This document shows, in pieces, positions 51,538 to 60,304 of a stretch of DNA of 64,000 nucleotides. The stretch is from Ruminococcus sp. Zagget11 (GTDB lineage: Bacteria; Bacillota; Clostridia; Oscillospirales; Ruminococcaceae). Numbering within the stretch: the stretch's first letter is position 1; each line of letters opens with the position of its first letter. Under the pieces are notes generated by a model. The model made no database searches and was not told where the DNA came from. It worked only from the letters and a program-made list of their open reading frames with translations. The DNA lies in assembly GCA_001941135.1 (NCBI GenBank), contig MSHL01000049.1:497-64496 (forward strand), given 5' to 3'. A program made the translations under genes and the position numbers.

Positions 51538-52464
51538 ATGATATACACTGTTACCTTTAATCCCGCTGTGGACTATGTTGTTAAGCTTGACACACTTGCA
51601 GGCGGAAAAATCAACCGCACCTTATCGGAAAATATCTGCTGGGGCGGAAAAGGGATAAACGTTTCCTCCGTTCTTAAAGCACTCGATGTTCCGTCAACCG
51701 CACTGGGCTTCACCGCAGGCTTTACGGGAAAAGCCTTTGCTGACGCAGTAAGTGCAATGGGGATAAAAACAGACTTTATTCACCTTGAAAGCGGAATGAC
51801 ACGGATAAATATGAAAATCCATGCCTTGGAAAACGATGAGGAAACGGAAATAAACGGAATGGGTCCCGATATACCTCCCTCCGCCGCCCAAGAGCTTTTC
51901 CACAGGCTTGACACCCTTTCAGATGGCGATATTCTTGTGCTTGCAGGTTCTGTGCCGAAATCCGTTGATCCCGATATTTATGAAATCATCTGCAGGAGAA
52001 TGGCAGGCAGCGGCGTGAAAATTGTGGCGGATGCCGCAGGCGAGCTGCTTATGCGGCTTATTCCCCTAAAACCGTTCCTTATTAAGCCCAATCACATTGA
52101 GGCGGGAGAAATGCTTGGCACAGTCATAGAAAGCGTTGACGATGCAAAAGCATGCGCCCTTAAAATGCGTGAAATGGGCGCTGAAAATGTTATTATTTCC
52201 ATGGCTGAGCGTGGTGCGGTGCTTGCGGATGAAAACGGAAACGTTCACTCCATTGGCGCGCCCTCGGGGGAGGTTGTAAACTCTGTAGGAGCGGGAGATT
52301 CCATGCTTGCGGGATTTCTTGCGGGATTTATCCGCACAGGCAGCTACGATACCGCTCTTAAATGGGGCACAGCCGCAGGAAGTGCAACGGCTTTTTCCGT
52401 GGGAACTGCATCAAGGCAGGATTTTGACCGTATGCTTGAACGCATTGAAAGGGAAAGGATTTGA
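51538..52464 (+). CDS. pfkB: 1-phosphofructokinase family hexose kinase
   Basis: TVTFNPAVD, GGKGINVS, IKPN..E, NSVGAGDS. Confidence 0.9.
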   Translation: MIYTVTFNPAVDYVVKLDTLAGGKINRTLSENICWGGKGINVSSVLKALDVPSTALGFTAGFTGKAFADAVSAMGIKTDFIHLESGMTRINMKIHALENDEETEINGMGPDIPPSAAQELFHRLDTLSDGDILVLAGSVPKSVDPDIYEIICRRMAGSGVKIVADAAGELLMRLIPLKPFLIKPNHIEAGEMLGTVIESVDDAKACALKMREMGAENVIISMAERGAVLADENGNVHSIGAPSGEVVNSVGAGDSMLAGFLAGFIRTGSYDTALKWGTAAGSATAFSVGTASRQDFDRMLERIERERI

Positions 52465-52469
52465 AAGAT

Positions 52470-53000
52470 ATGTCCGCTATAAAAATGGCTGAATTTGAAA
52501 AGGTTAGCTTTAATCGTTTTTCCGATGATATTAAGGCTGTGGGTATTCAGGTACCCGAAAACAGGGTTAATGAAATTTACGAAAATATAAGACTTCCGAA
52601 ACGTGCAACCGCAGGCTCGGCAGGCTATGATTTTTACATACCCTTTGACTTGGAACAGCTGCTCCCCAATCAAACCGTAACTATTCCCACGGGAATAAGA
52701 GCGAGGGTTGACGAGGGCTGGGTGCTTGTCTGCTGTCCAAGGAGTGGATTGGGCTTTAAATACCGTATGCGCCTTAACAACACTGTGGGTATAATTGACA
52801 GTGACTATTACGGAGCAAAAAATGAGGGACATATAATGATAAGAATTACCAATGAATCCAATGACGGAAAGGTTATCTCACTTAAAGCGGGAGATGCCTT
52901 TGTACAAGGGATTTTTCTCCCTTTCGGGATTACATACACTGACGATGCAAGCGGTGTGCGCCAAGGAGGATTTGGCAGCACCACCGATACCAAAAAGTAA
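52470..53000 (+). CDS. dut: dUTPase (trimeric)
   Basis: SAGYDF, PRSGLG, GIIDSDYYG, RQGGFGST. Confidence 0.93.
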   Translation: MSAIKMAEFEKVSFNRFSDDIKAVGIQVPENRVNEIYENIRLPKRATAGSAGYDFYIPFDLEQLLPNQTVTIPTGIRARVDEGWVLVCCPRSGLGFKYRMRLNNTVGIIDSDYYGAKNEGHIMIRITNESNDGKVISLKAGDAFVQGIFLPFGITYTDDASGVRQGGFGSTTDTKK

Positions 53001-53013
53001 CCGGTTATTCTGC

Positions 53014-53042
53014 TTGAAATATCTGCGGAAATATGCTATACT
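53014..53042 (+). promoter_or_regulatory. SigA promoter of rimO-pgsA
   Basis: TTGAAA-17 bp-TATACT with TG extension. Confidence 0.65.
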
Positions 53043-53101
53043 GTAGAATATGACCTATGCAATTTACAAAATCCAATTATTAAAAGAGGAAGAGAGTATA
53101 T

Positions 53102-54445
53102 ATGGAAATCAGAGTTGGTTTGGTTTCTCTCGGCTGTTCAAAAAACCAGGTTGACGCCGAAAGAATGCTTTATAAAATAATGGAAAAGGGCTACTCCTTA
53201 GTCGGCGATGCTGCTCTTGCTGATGTGGCGATTATAAACACCTGCGGCTTTATTGAATCCGCCAAGCAGGAGGCTATAGAAACAATACTTGAATTTGCCC
53301 AGCTGAAAAAGGAGGGCCGAATCAAGCATATTATAATAACAGGCTGTCTTGCGGAGCGTTATAAGAATGAGGTAATTAAGGAAATTCCCGAAGCGGATGC
53401 CGTTATAGGAATTGGCAGCAACGACTCCATAACCGATGTTATAGAAAAGGTATGTTCAGGAGAAAGAGTTCTCTCATTTGAGGATAAATACAAGCTTTCA
53501 CTGACGGGAAAACGTGTTCAGACTACATTATCCTTCACCTCCTACCTTAAGATAGCCGAGGGATGCAGCAACTGCTGTTCCTACTGCGCTATCCCCTCTA
53601 TCCGTGGTAAATACAGAAGTGTCCCAATGGATGAGCTTGTCAGCGAGGTAAAGGAGCTTGTGCGAAACGGCGTAAGGGAGCTTATACTTATAGCCCAGGA
53701 CACCACACGCTACGGTGAGGATCTTTACGGCGAGCCTACGCTCCATGTGCTTATAGGCGAGCTGTGCCGTATTGAGGAGCTGAAGTGGATAAGAATTTTG
53801 TACCTCTATCCCGAAAGAATTACCGATAAAATCCTCGATACAATTGCTACTCAAGATAAGGTCGTAAAATATATCGATATGCCGATTCAGCATTGTAACG
53901 GTGAAATACTTAAAAGGATGAATCGGCCCGGCGATGAGGCAATGCTGCGCAGGCTTGTACACAAAATACGTCGGAAAATACCCGAAATTGTCCTGCGAAC
54001 CACCTTTATAACGGGCTTTCCCGGTGAAAACGAGGAGCAGTTCAATGAGCTTGCTGATTTTGCCAGGGATATGGAGTTTGAACGTCTGGGATGCTTCCCC
54101 TATTCGGCGGAGGAGGGTACAAAGGCTGCTCTTATGGACGGTCAGCTTGACGATGAGGTTAAGCAGCACCGTGCGGATATTATCATGGAACAGCAGATGA
54201 TGATAGTAAACAACAAGAATGCGCGCTTTATCGGGAAAACAATCGAGGTTGTCTGTGAGGGATATGACCGCTACGGCGAGTGCTACTTCGGCAGAAGCTA
54301 TATGGACTCTCCCGAAATAGACGGTAAGGTTTTCTTTACCAGTCCCAAAAGACGGCTTGTACCGGGAATATTCGTAAAGGTTAAAATAACGGAGATTATG
54401 GACTATGATCTGATAGGAGATGTTGTAGATGAATCTGCCCAATAA
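53102..54445 (+). CDS. rimO: Ribosomal protein S12 methylthiotransferase
   Basis: SLGCSKN, NTCGFI, EGCSNCCSYCAIP, TRAM-like SPEIDG. Confidence 0.96.
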   Translation: MEIRVGLVSLGCSKNQVDAERMLYKIMEKGYSLVGDAALADVAIINTCGFIESAKQEAIETILEFAQLKKEGRIKHIIITGCLAERYKNEVIKEIPEADAVIGIGSNDSITDVIEKVCSGERVLSFEDKYKLSLTGKRVQTTLSFTSYLKIAEGCSNCCSYCAIPSIRGKYRSVPMDELVSEVKELVRNGVRELILIAQDTTRYGEDLYGEPTLHVLIGELCRIEELKWIRILYLYPERITDKILDTIATQDKVVKYIDMPIQHCNGEILKRMNRPGDEAMLRRLVHKIRRKIPEIVLRTTFITGFPGENEEQFNELADFARDMEFERLGCFPYSAEEGTKAALMDGQLDDEVKQHRADIIMEQQMMIVNNKNARFIGKTIEVVCEGYDRYGECYFGRSYMDSPEIDGKVFFTSPKRRLVPGIFVKVKITEIMDYDLIGDVVDESAQ

Positions 54446-54995
54446 GCTTACTCTTTTAAGGGTAATACTCGTGCCGTTCTTTATCTTTTTTCTCCTAACG
54501 GACATAGTGCCGCTTAGTGCAGTATGGGCGCTTGTGATTTTTATAGCGGCATCGATTACCGATTTCCTTGACGGACATATTGCCAGGAGCAGAAATCTGA
54601 TAACTAATTTCGGAAAATTTCTTGATCCCCTTGCAGATAAGGTTCTGGTTATATCGGCTTTGGTTTGCTTTTCGGATATGGGGTTATGCTCCGCCGTCCC
54701 CGTCATTATAATTATAGCAAGAGAATTTATGGTATCGGGTCTGCGTCTTGTAACCGCAGGAGAGGGCGTGGTAGTAGCCGCAGGAATTTGGGGAAAGCTG
54801 AAAACCGCATTCACCATGATAACTATAGTGCTTATGCTGTTTTTCGCCGTTCTTTTCGGCAAGGACAGCGGAGGATATGCAAACCGGGTAACGATAATCG
54901 AACAGGTGCTTATCTGGATCAGCACACTGCTGACGGTTATATCCGGTGTACAGTATCTCACCGCATATAAGGATTACATAGATCCCACAAAGTAA
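54429..54995 (+). CDS. pgsA: CDP-diacylglycerol--glycerol-3-phosphate 3-phosphatidyltransferase
   Basis: NLPNKLT, TDFLDGHIAR..FGKFLDPLADK. Confidence 0.96.
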   Translation: MNLPNKLTLLRVILVPFFIFFLLTDIVPLSAVWALVIFIAASITDFLDGHIARSRNLITNFGKFLDPLADKVLVISALVCFSDMGLCSAVPVIIIIAREFMVSGLRLVTAGEGVVVAAGIWGKLKTAFTMITIVLMLFFAVLFGKDSGGYANRVTIIEQVLIWISTLLTVISGVQYLTAYKDYIDPTK

Positions 54996-55000
54996 AAATC

Positions 55001-55044
55001 AAGCTGTATCACAGTATTATTCAGTACTGTGATACAGCTTTTTT
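55001..55044. terminator. Terminator between the convergent pgsA and cotJC genes
   Basis: aagctgtatcacagta..tactgtgatacagctt followed by a T tract. Confidence 0.85.
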
Positions 55045-55053
55045 CAACGTATA

Positions 55054-55464
55054 TCAGTTACGGACATCAAATTCGGGGTTAAATGCATAGAAATTCTTTG
55101 AGTTGAGATTATCGGTAGAAATACGCAGGCCCTCACCAAAGCGCTGAAAATGCACTATTTCACGCTGGCGCAAGAATTTTATCGGATCGCGTACATCGGG
55201 ATCATCAGCCAGTCTCAGAATATTATCATATGTGACACGCGCCTTTTGCTCTGCCGCCATATCCTCATGAAGGTCGGTAATAACATCGCCCTTCGACTGG
55301 AAATATGCAGCCGTGAAAGGAACGCCTGCCGCCGACTGGGGATATACTCCCGTAGTATGGTCAACAAAATACGCGTCAAAACCTGCCGCTTTTATTTCAT
55401 CGGGAGTCAGGTTTCTTGTCAGCTGATAAACTATCGATGAAACCATTTCCATGTGGGCAAGTTC
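55054..55464 (-). pseudogene. cotJC: 3' half of the spore-coat manganese catalase CotJC (interrupted gene)
   Basis: Reads ELAHMEMVSSIVYQLT..DLHEDMAAEQKAR..FLRQREIVHFQRFGE; similarity stops before ELAH and an in-frame TGA lies 6 codons upstream. Confidence 0.85.
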
Positions 55465-55472
55465 GCTTGCCC
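55455..55472. other. Putative serine-recombinase attachment (attL/attR) site at the cotJC breakpoint
   Basis: Inverted repeat GGGCAAG-cGAa-CTTGCCC (minus strand) centred on the GA of the Glu codon where cotJC homology ends. Confidence 0.6.
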
Positions 55473-55582
55473 GCCAGTCATATCAGTGCTTCCTTATAGT
55501 CCTTTTCAAGCCCGATTGGTATTGCTTTTGTTGTTACTTTTTTACAAATACAAATTTTTTTCAACAAATTGCGAAAAAGCAC

Positions 55583-55611
55583 TTGACAAACCTATTTTTT
55601 TGTGATATATT
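55583..55611 (+). promoter_or_regulatory. SigA promoter of tRNA-Pro
   Basis: TTGACA-17 bp-TATATT with TG extension. Confidence 0.75.
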
Positions 55612-55629
55612 GTTATAGTCATCGGAAAT

Positions 55630-55706
55630 CGGGGTGTGGCGCAGATTGGTAGCGCGCTACCTTGGGGTGGTAGAGGCCGTGGGTTCAAGTCCCGTCACTC
55701 CGACCA
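55630..55706 (+). tRNA. tRNA-Pro (GGG)
   Basis: CGGGGTGTGGCGCAGATTGGTAGCGCGCTACCTTGGGGTGGTAG..GGGTTCAAGTCCC..CCA, 77-nt cloverleaf. Confidence 0.96.
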
Positions 55707-55817
55707 TGACAAAACCCGCTTAAGCATTGCAAATGCAGTGTTTGGGCGGGTTTGCTGTTGTTATGACATTTCGCAAAAATGACACCGAATGACCGATTTT
55801 TACACCGTTTTTCGCAC

Positions 55818-55896
55818 AAATATGCCACGAAATATGCCACGAAAATTGCCCTAAAAATAAGGCTTTTCGGGGCATATTTCAGTCTTAATATGCCAC
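55818..55896. repeat. Putative integrase arm-type binding repeats
   Basis: AAATATGCCACG tandem twice (55818-55841), inverted GGCATATTT (55871-55879), AATATGCCAC (55887-55896). Confidence 0.65.
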
Positions 55897-55897
55897 A

Positions 55898-58800
55898 TCA
55901 CACATAAGTATTATTCCCGCCTGAAATCAAATTCCCCCGCAAATAATCATCAATCGTCCCTCGGATAATCTCAGAGCCTGCAACGCTAATGGATATTACC
56001 GTATCGGTGCTGATATAATTGCCCGCCGCACTGCCTGCTGTGCCTGCCTCGCCTTGGGCGTATACGTCCGATTTGCCCATAATGCCCGCAGTATCGTAAA
56101 TCCCCACCTCGTTCAGAGCGTCAGCCATGCCCTTGTAATACTCCTGCGCCATGCTATATCCTACCTCGTAGTATTCAGTGGCTTTATCCAACGATTCAAG
56201 AGCCGTATCGCTTGCCGCTTCCAGTGCGCTAATACTGCCCTGATTGTCATATTCCGCCGTTTTCTGCACCTCAGCCAAATAGTTTTGGTATTCCTTGTCA
56301 TATTGCTCCCTGTCTTCATCGGTCATGCCCAGCAGTTCGTCAATGTATTTCTGCCTGTCGCCGCTGTCATAGTCAAAATCGTACACCGAGGATATTACCG
56401 CATCGGAAACACCCGTGGCTTTTAGTTTGTCCATGTCCGCACGATACTTTTCAAGGGCTTTCGATTCGGCATCCATGTCGTTTAAGATAAATCTTTCGTT
56501 GCCCTCTGTGTCGGTGATAGTTTCCCCCAACTCTGTGCCGGATTTAAGGTAGTCGGACTTGGATTTTTCTATCGCAGACTGTACTTCGTCGGCGGATTTT
56601 TCTATTTCATCGACTAAGTTTTCGGCGTAGCTTTCCCATTCCTCTTTCTCCGTTTCCGATAGCTTATCATAGTAATCCATTACATCATCGTAATACCTCC
56701 ACCATGCTTCACTCTCCTCGTCGCGATACTTTTCCAAGGCTTCAAGCCGCTGCTTGTAATAATCCTCTTCGGATATCTGATGTGCGTTCAGAAGATAATC
56801 CAAGCTATCCATAGCGTCCTGCAGGGCGTCAACTTCCTCGGCACTTTCTTCGGCAGCTTCGGCCAATTCTTCAGCGGTATCTTCCAACTCGTCCGCAATT
56901 TCCTCTGTAGCTTTTTCCTCAATCCCCAATTCTTTTTTCAATCTTGCCAAGCGTTCCTCAGCGGTTTCATCCGTTTCTTCAAAAGCCGCTGTCATTTCCT
57001 CAACTGCGGCAGCAAGCGAACGGGAACGCGCCTGTGCAAGCAGCTGCACATCATCTTCGTACTTTTCTACGAACGAATTTACCCATGTTGTCCATTCCTC
57101 GCCGGAATTTTCATATGCTGTACTAATCCAGCCTGCAACGCTGTCATGGTCGTATGCCGATAATGCTTGCGCCTGATTAAGTTCAATCAGCTTATTGTTA
57201 CAGCTGCTTATCATTTTGTCAAGCTGTTCAACGCTGTTTTCACTGTATTTTTGTATCTTTGCTTCCTGCTCCGCTTGCGCCTCGTCCCATGCATCCGTGC
57301 TGCCATGTGCAACGTTATACAATGCTTCCTGTATTGCCCCGTTTATGCTCGCACCAACTGCGCTCCAATCATAATTCACAAGCTGTTTGCCGATTCTTTC
57401 ACAAAGCTCAACGGCAAATTCTATGGTGTCCGGTATTGCAAAAATTAACTGATTAATCAGCTCAAGGACAATATCCGTGCCCTTTTCCAACAATATCGGC
57501 AATGCTTCCATAAGCCCGTCTGCCAGTCCCTTGATTAGTTCCTCGGCGGCATCAATAAGCTCGTCAATATTGTCTACCAAAACATCGACAATTTCAAGTA
57601 TAACGTCCACAATCGTTGGCGTGAGTGTCGGCAATGCGGCTATCAGGGCATTTGCTAAGCTGACAATAACATCAACCGCTGTGCCTGCTAAGTCCGGCAT
57701 GGTTGCTGTTATTCCTTCAACTATCGCATTTACAATGTTCTCGGCAATTTCTCCGATTTTAGGCAATTCCTCTGTCAGCTTTTTTATAAAATCTTCGATA
57801 ATTTCCGGTGCTTTATCCCCAAAGGTCTGAATAATTGCAGTGGCAATTTTCTCAAACTGCGGTGCAATTGTTTCTATTGAAACGATAATGTCATTAAGCC
57901 CCTGCTCCATCTGCTCCGCACCGCCATCAGCCCCCGCTATTACCGCGGATAAGCCCTGCGCAACCTCCGCCGCACCCGGCAAAAGCTGTCCCATTAGGTT
58001 TTCCTTTAAGCCATCAGCCGTACGAGAAAGAGTGTCAAGAGCATCTGTCATAGCTACCGCACCATCAACAGCCTCATCCGACATAACCATACCGTTATCG
58101 TGCGCCTTTTGCTTTAGATCATCTGTTGCCTCCGCAGTCTGATTTAATAAGGGTAATAGCTGTTGGTAAGTCCGCCCCAATACATCATTGGCAAGAGCGC
58201 TTCTGTCTACCTCGTTATCCATGAACTGCAAGCCGGAAACAACCGCCGAAAATATTTCCTCCGAGGAAGAATTATTCAGATCGTCAATGGATATTCCTAA
58301 CCTTTCAAAGCTTTCTACCGCCGATTCTGTCCCGCCCTTTGCGCTGTCAATCAGATTTGTCATGGTTCTCATGCCTGTTTGCAGTGTGCTTATAGACGCG
58401 CCGTTCTGCGGCAGCACATAGTCCCATTCTTGGTAAGCCTCACGGGACAGTCCTAATTTTTGCGACTGCTTGTCGATAGTGTCGCCTGCCGCTGCCGTTT
58501 CCGTTACCAGTGCTTTCATCTCACTTGCAACGCCGCTGACCGCCGAACCGATTGCGGAAATACCTGTCTTAATCGCCTCGGACTTCATAATTGCACCGAA
58601 AACACTTTCGGTGTTTGAGGCAGTTTCGTTTAGGCTCTCTGTGCTTTCTTTTGTTTCGTCCGTTTCGCCTTGCACCTCGTCCAACTGCTTCGCATAAGAA
58701 TTAAGCTGTGCCTCGGTACTTTCAACCTGTCTTTCAAGGGAACGATATTCCTCTGCTGAAATATCTCCGTTCGCAAGTGCCTGCGCCGCTGCCTCCTGTG

Positions 58801-59380
58801 CCTGCTTTAGCAATTCAAGCCTTTCGGTCGTATTGTCAATTGCCTCTTGCAGCAGTGTTTCCTGTTGGGCGGTCAAAGCCTCGGTTTCCCCGGCTTCCCG
58901 CATGGTGCTGTTGACCTCTTCAAGCTCGCTCTCAATTCCCTTGTAGCTTTCCTCAAGCTCCGCAAGGTGCTGAACAGATTCGGGTGTGGTTTCGCCGTTC
59001 ATTTCAGCGTTAAGTTCCTCTATCTGTTCCTCCAACCGCTTACTGCTTGCAAAGGTTTCCGCCAAAACTTTGTTGTATTCGGAAAAGGCTTTACCGTCGA
59101 TAGCGTCATTATCATAAGCCTCATACACCTTATCGTGTATGCTTGCCAGTTCCCACAGTTTTTCCTGTGTCTGCTGATAGATTTTGTTTAGTATTTCCTG
59201 CTTGTTCGCCATCATCTCGGAAGAGTCCTGTCCCGATTGTTCCAATGCCTTTAAAGCCTTTTCGGTGTCCTTCAGCTCTGCGGCAAAATCCCGCAGATTG
59301 CCGTCAATGGTTTTAAGCCCTACTTGTAGTCCGCTTGTATCCATGCCTATACCCACCGTATAGCCGTATTTACTTGCCAT
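55898..59380 (-). CDS. Phage tail tape measure-like protein (1160 aa)
   Basis: N-terminal GYTVGIGMDTSGL, long coiled coils, IDKQSQKLGLSREAYQEWDYV and DLKQKAHDNGMVMSDEAV TMP-type segments, amphipathic repeats. Confidence 0.85.
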   Translation of the reverse strand: MASKYGYTVGIGMDTSGLQVGLKTIDGNLRDFAAELKDTEKALKALEQSGQDSSEMMANKQEILNKIYQQTQEKLWELASIHDKVYEAYDNDAIDGKAFSEYNKVLAETFASSKRLEEQIEELNAEMNGETTPESVQHLAELEESYKGIESELEEVNSTMREAGETEALTAQQETLLQEAIDNTTERLELLKQAQEAAAQALANGDISAEEYRSLERQVESTEAQLNSYAKQLDEVQGETDETKESTESLNETASNTESVFGAIMKSEAIKTGISAIGSAVSGVASEMKALVTETAAAGDTIDKQSQKLGLSREAYQEWDYVLPQNGASISTLQTGMRTMTNLIDSAKGGTESAVESFERLGISIDDLNNSSSEEIFSAVVSGLQFMDNEVDRSALANDVLGRTYQQLLPLLNQTAEATDDLKQKAHDNGMVMSDEAVDGAVAMTDALDTLSRTADGLKENLMGQLLPGAAEVAQGLSAVIAGADGGAEQMEQGLNDIIVSIETIAPQFEKIATAIIQTFGDKAPEIIEDFIKKLTEELPKIGEIAENIVNAIVEGITATMPDLAGTAVDVIVSLANALIAALPTLTPTIVDVILEIVDVLVDNIDELIDAAEELIKGLADGLMEALPILLEKGTDIVLELINQLIFAIPDTIEFAVELCERIGKQLVNYDWSAVGASINGAIQEALYNVAHGSTDAWDEAQAEQEAKIQKYSENSVEQLDKMISSCNNKLIELNQAQALSAYDHDSVAGWISTAYENSGEEWTTWVNSFVEKYEDDVQLLAQARSRSLAAAVEEMTAAFEETDETAEERLARLKKELGIEEKATEEIADELEDTAEELAEAAEESAEEVDALQDAMDSLDYLLNAHQISEEDYYKQRLEALEKYRDEESEAWWRYYDDVMDYYDKLSETEKEEWESYAENLVDEIEKSADEVQSAIEKSKSDYLKSGTELGETITDTEGNERFILNDMDAESKALEKYRADMDKLKATGVSDAVISSVYDFDYDSGDRQKYIDELLGMTDEDREQYDKEYQNYLAEVQKTAEYDNQGSISALEAASDTALESLDKATEYYEVGYSMAQEYYKGMADALNEVGIYDTAGIMGKSDVYAQGEAGTAGSAAGNYISTDTVISISVAGSEIIRGTIDDYLRGNLISGGNNTYV

Positions 59381-59391
59381 TTCTCTTCACC

Positions 59392-59886
59392 TCATTCTTT
59401 GTGATATATTCGCGATAATTCGTTTTCAAACTCGTTCATTGCCTTTTCCTGCACATCATCCAAAAAACGGCTACCATGCACTACACCCCTTAAAGCGCCA
59501 TGCGTCACAAGGACATGGTCAAAGTTCAAAAGGTGAGTAACCGTTGGCATATTTTTGTTATAAACAAAGTAACGTTTCGCGCCGCTGTCCTTGTAGGTGT
59601 TAGTTTTGGACGCCCAACCCGCCTTGAAATATCCGGGCTGATAGTATGCGGCTTTCTCTGTGTGAACGGCTTTAGGCACTGCCGGAGGATTTCTGTGTAC
59701 CGTTATTTCCTTGACCACTCCCGTATCATGCTCCGGAGTTGGGTATTTCCTCACCGGCGACACCGCTGTTACCTCGGCAAGCATTTCCCTTTGGATTCTC
59801 CTTGCAGCTGCAGCCGCCGCTTGAACCGTATTGTTGTTGTAGCTTACGATACCATCAAATATCTGTTCTGTTATCGATTTCGCCAT
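59392..59886 (-). CDS. HK97 gp10-like tail-completion protein
   Basis: SPVR..GYFKAGW..YN..THLL.FDH pattern; position before the TMP gene. Confidence 0.6.
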   Translation of the reverse strand: MAKSITEQIFDGIVSYNNNTVQAAAAAARRIQREMLAEVTAVSPVRKYPTPEHDTGVVKEITVHRNPPAVPKAVHTEKAAYYQPGYFKAGWASKTNTYKDSGAKRYFVYNKNMPTVTHLLNFDHVLVTHGALRGVVHGSRFLDDVQEKAMNEFENELSRIYHKE

Positions 59887-59911
59887 TGCACGCCCTCCTT
59901 TCCCGCAAAAC

Positions 59912-59950
59912 AAAAACGTCCCTCCACGGTATTAACCGTGGGGAACGCTT
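59912..59950 (-). terminator. Terminator-like hairpin inside the element (copy 1)
   Basis: ctccacgg-tattaa-ccgtgggg with a U tract on the minus strand; near-copy at 63876-63916. Confidence 0.7.
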
Positions 59951-60001
59951 AAATTTATCTGCGCTGCTTTTCGGCAGCGTTTTGTTACAAAAATACAACC
60001 T

Positions 60002-60298
60002 TTACCTCGGAATTGCGATATTCCATTCATCATCGTCAAGTTCATCATCGTCAACGATTTCAATGGAAGGACGATCACCGTCAAAGTCTTGTATTACCTC
60101 GTGAAGTGTTTTATACTCACCGCTGAACAATTTCTTTATAGTCGCCTCGCCCCTTTCGGGATCATCTAATATCTCTTCCGGCAACGAACTTAAAAACATT
60201 TCCTGTTCGTTCGGTATTATCACTTCGCGCCCAAACGGTAGTGCGCGCAATGCCTCATCAATTTCTTGTAATAAACTCATCGCTGTATTTGCCTCCAT
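60002..60298 (-). CDS. Small acidic hypothetical protein (candidate immunity/moron gene)
   Basis: 98-aa Asp/Glu-rich ORF starting 6 nt after the portal stop, followed by terminator hairpins. Confidence 0.65.
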   Translation of the reverse strand: MEANTAMSLLQEIDEALRALPFGREVIIPNEQEMFLSSLPEEILDDPERGEATIKKLFSGEYKTLHEVIQDFDGDRPSIEIVDDDELDDDEWNIAIPR

Positions 60299-60304
60299 TC
60301 GTTA

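Noticed and set aside
53528-54961. 477-aa ORF on the minus strand
   Set aside because: It lies antisense to rimO and pgsA, has no recognisable motif, and is a shadow ORF.
55425-55500. AAGGAAG plus ATG just upstream of the cotJC fragment as a replacement start
   Set aside because: This ATG is out of frame with cotJC and stops after 16 codons, so it does not restore the gene.
55818-55896. Short direct repeats considered as a CRISPR array
   Set aside because: They are only 10-12 bp, have no regular spacers, and no cas genes are present; no CRISPR array was seen anywhere in the window.
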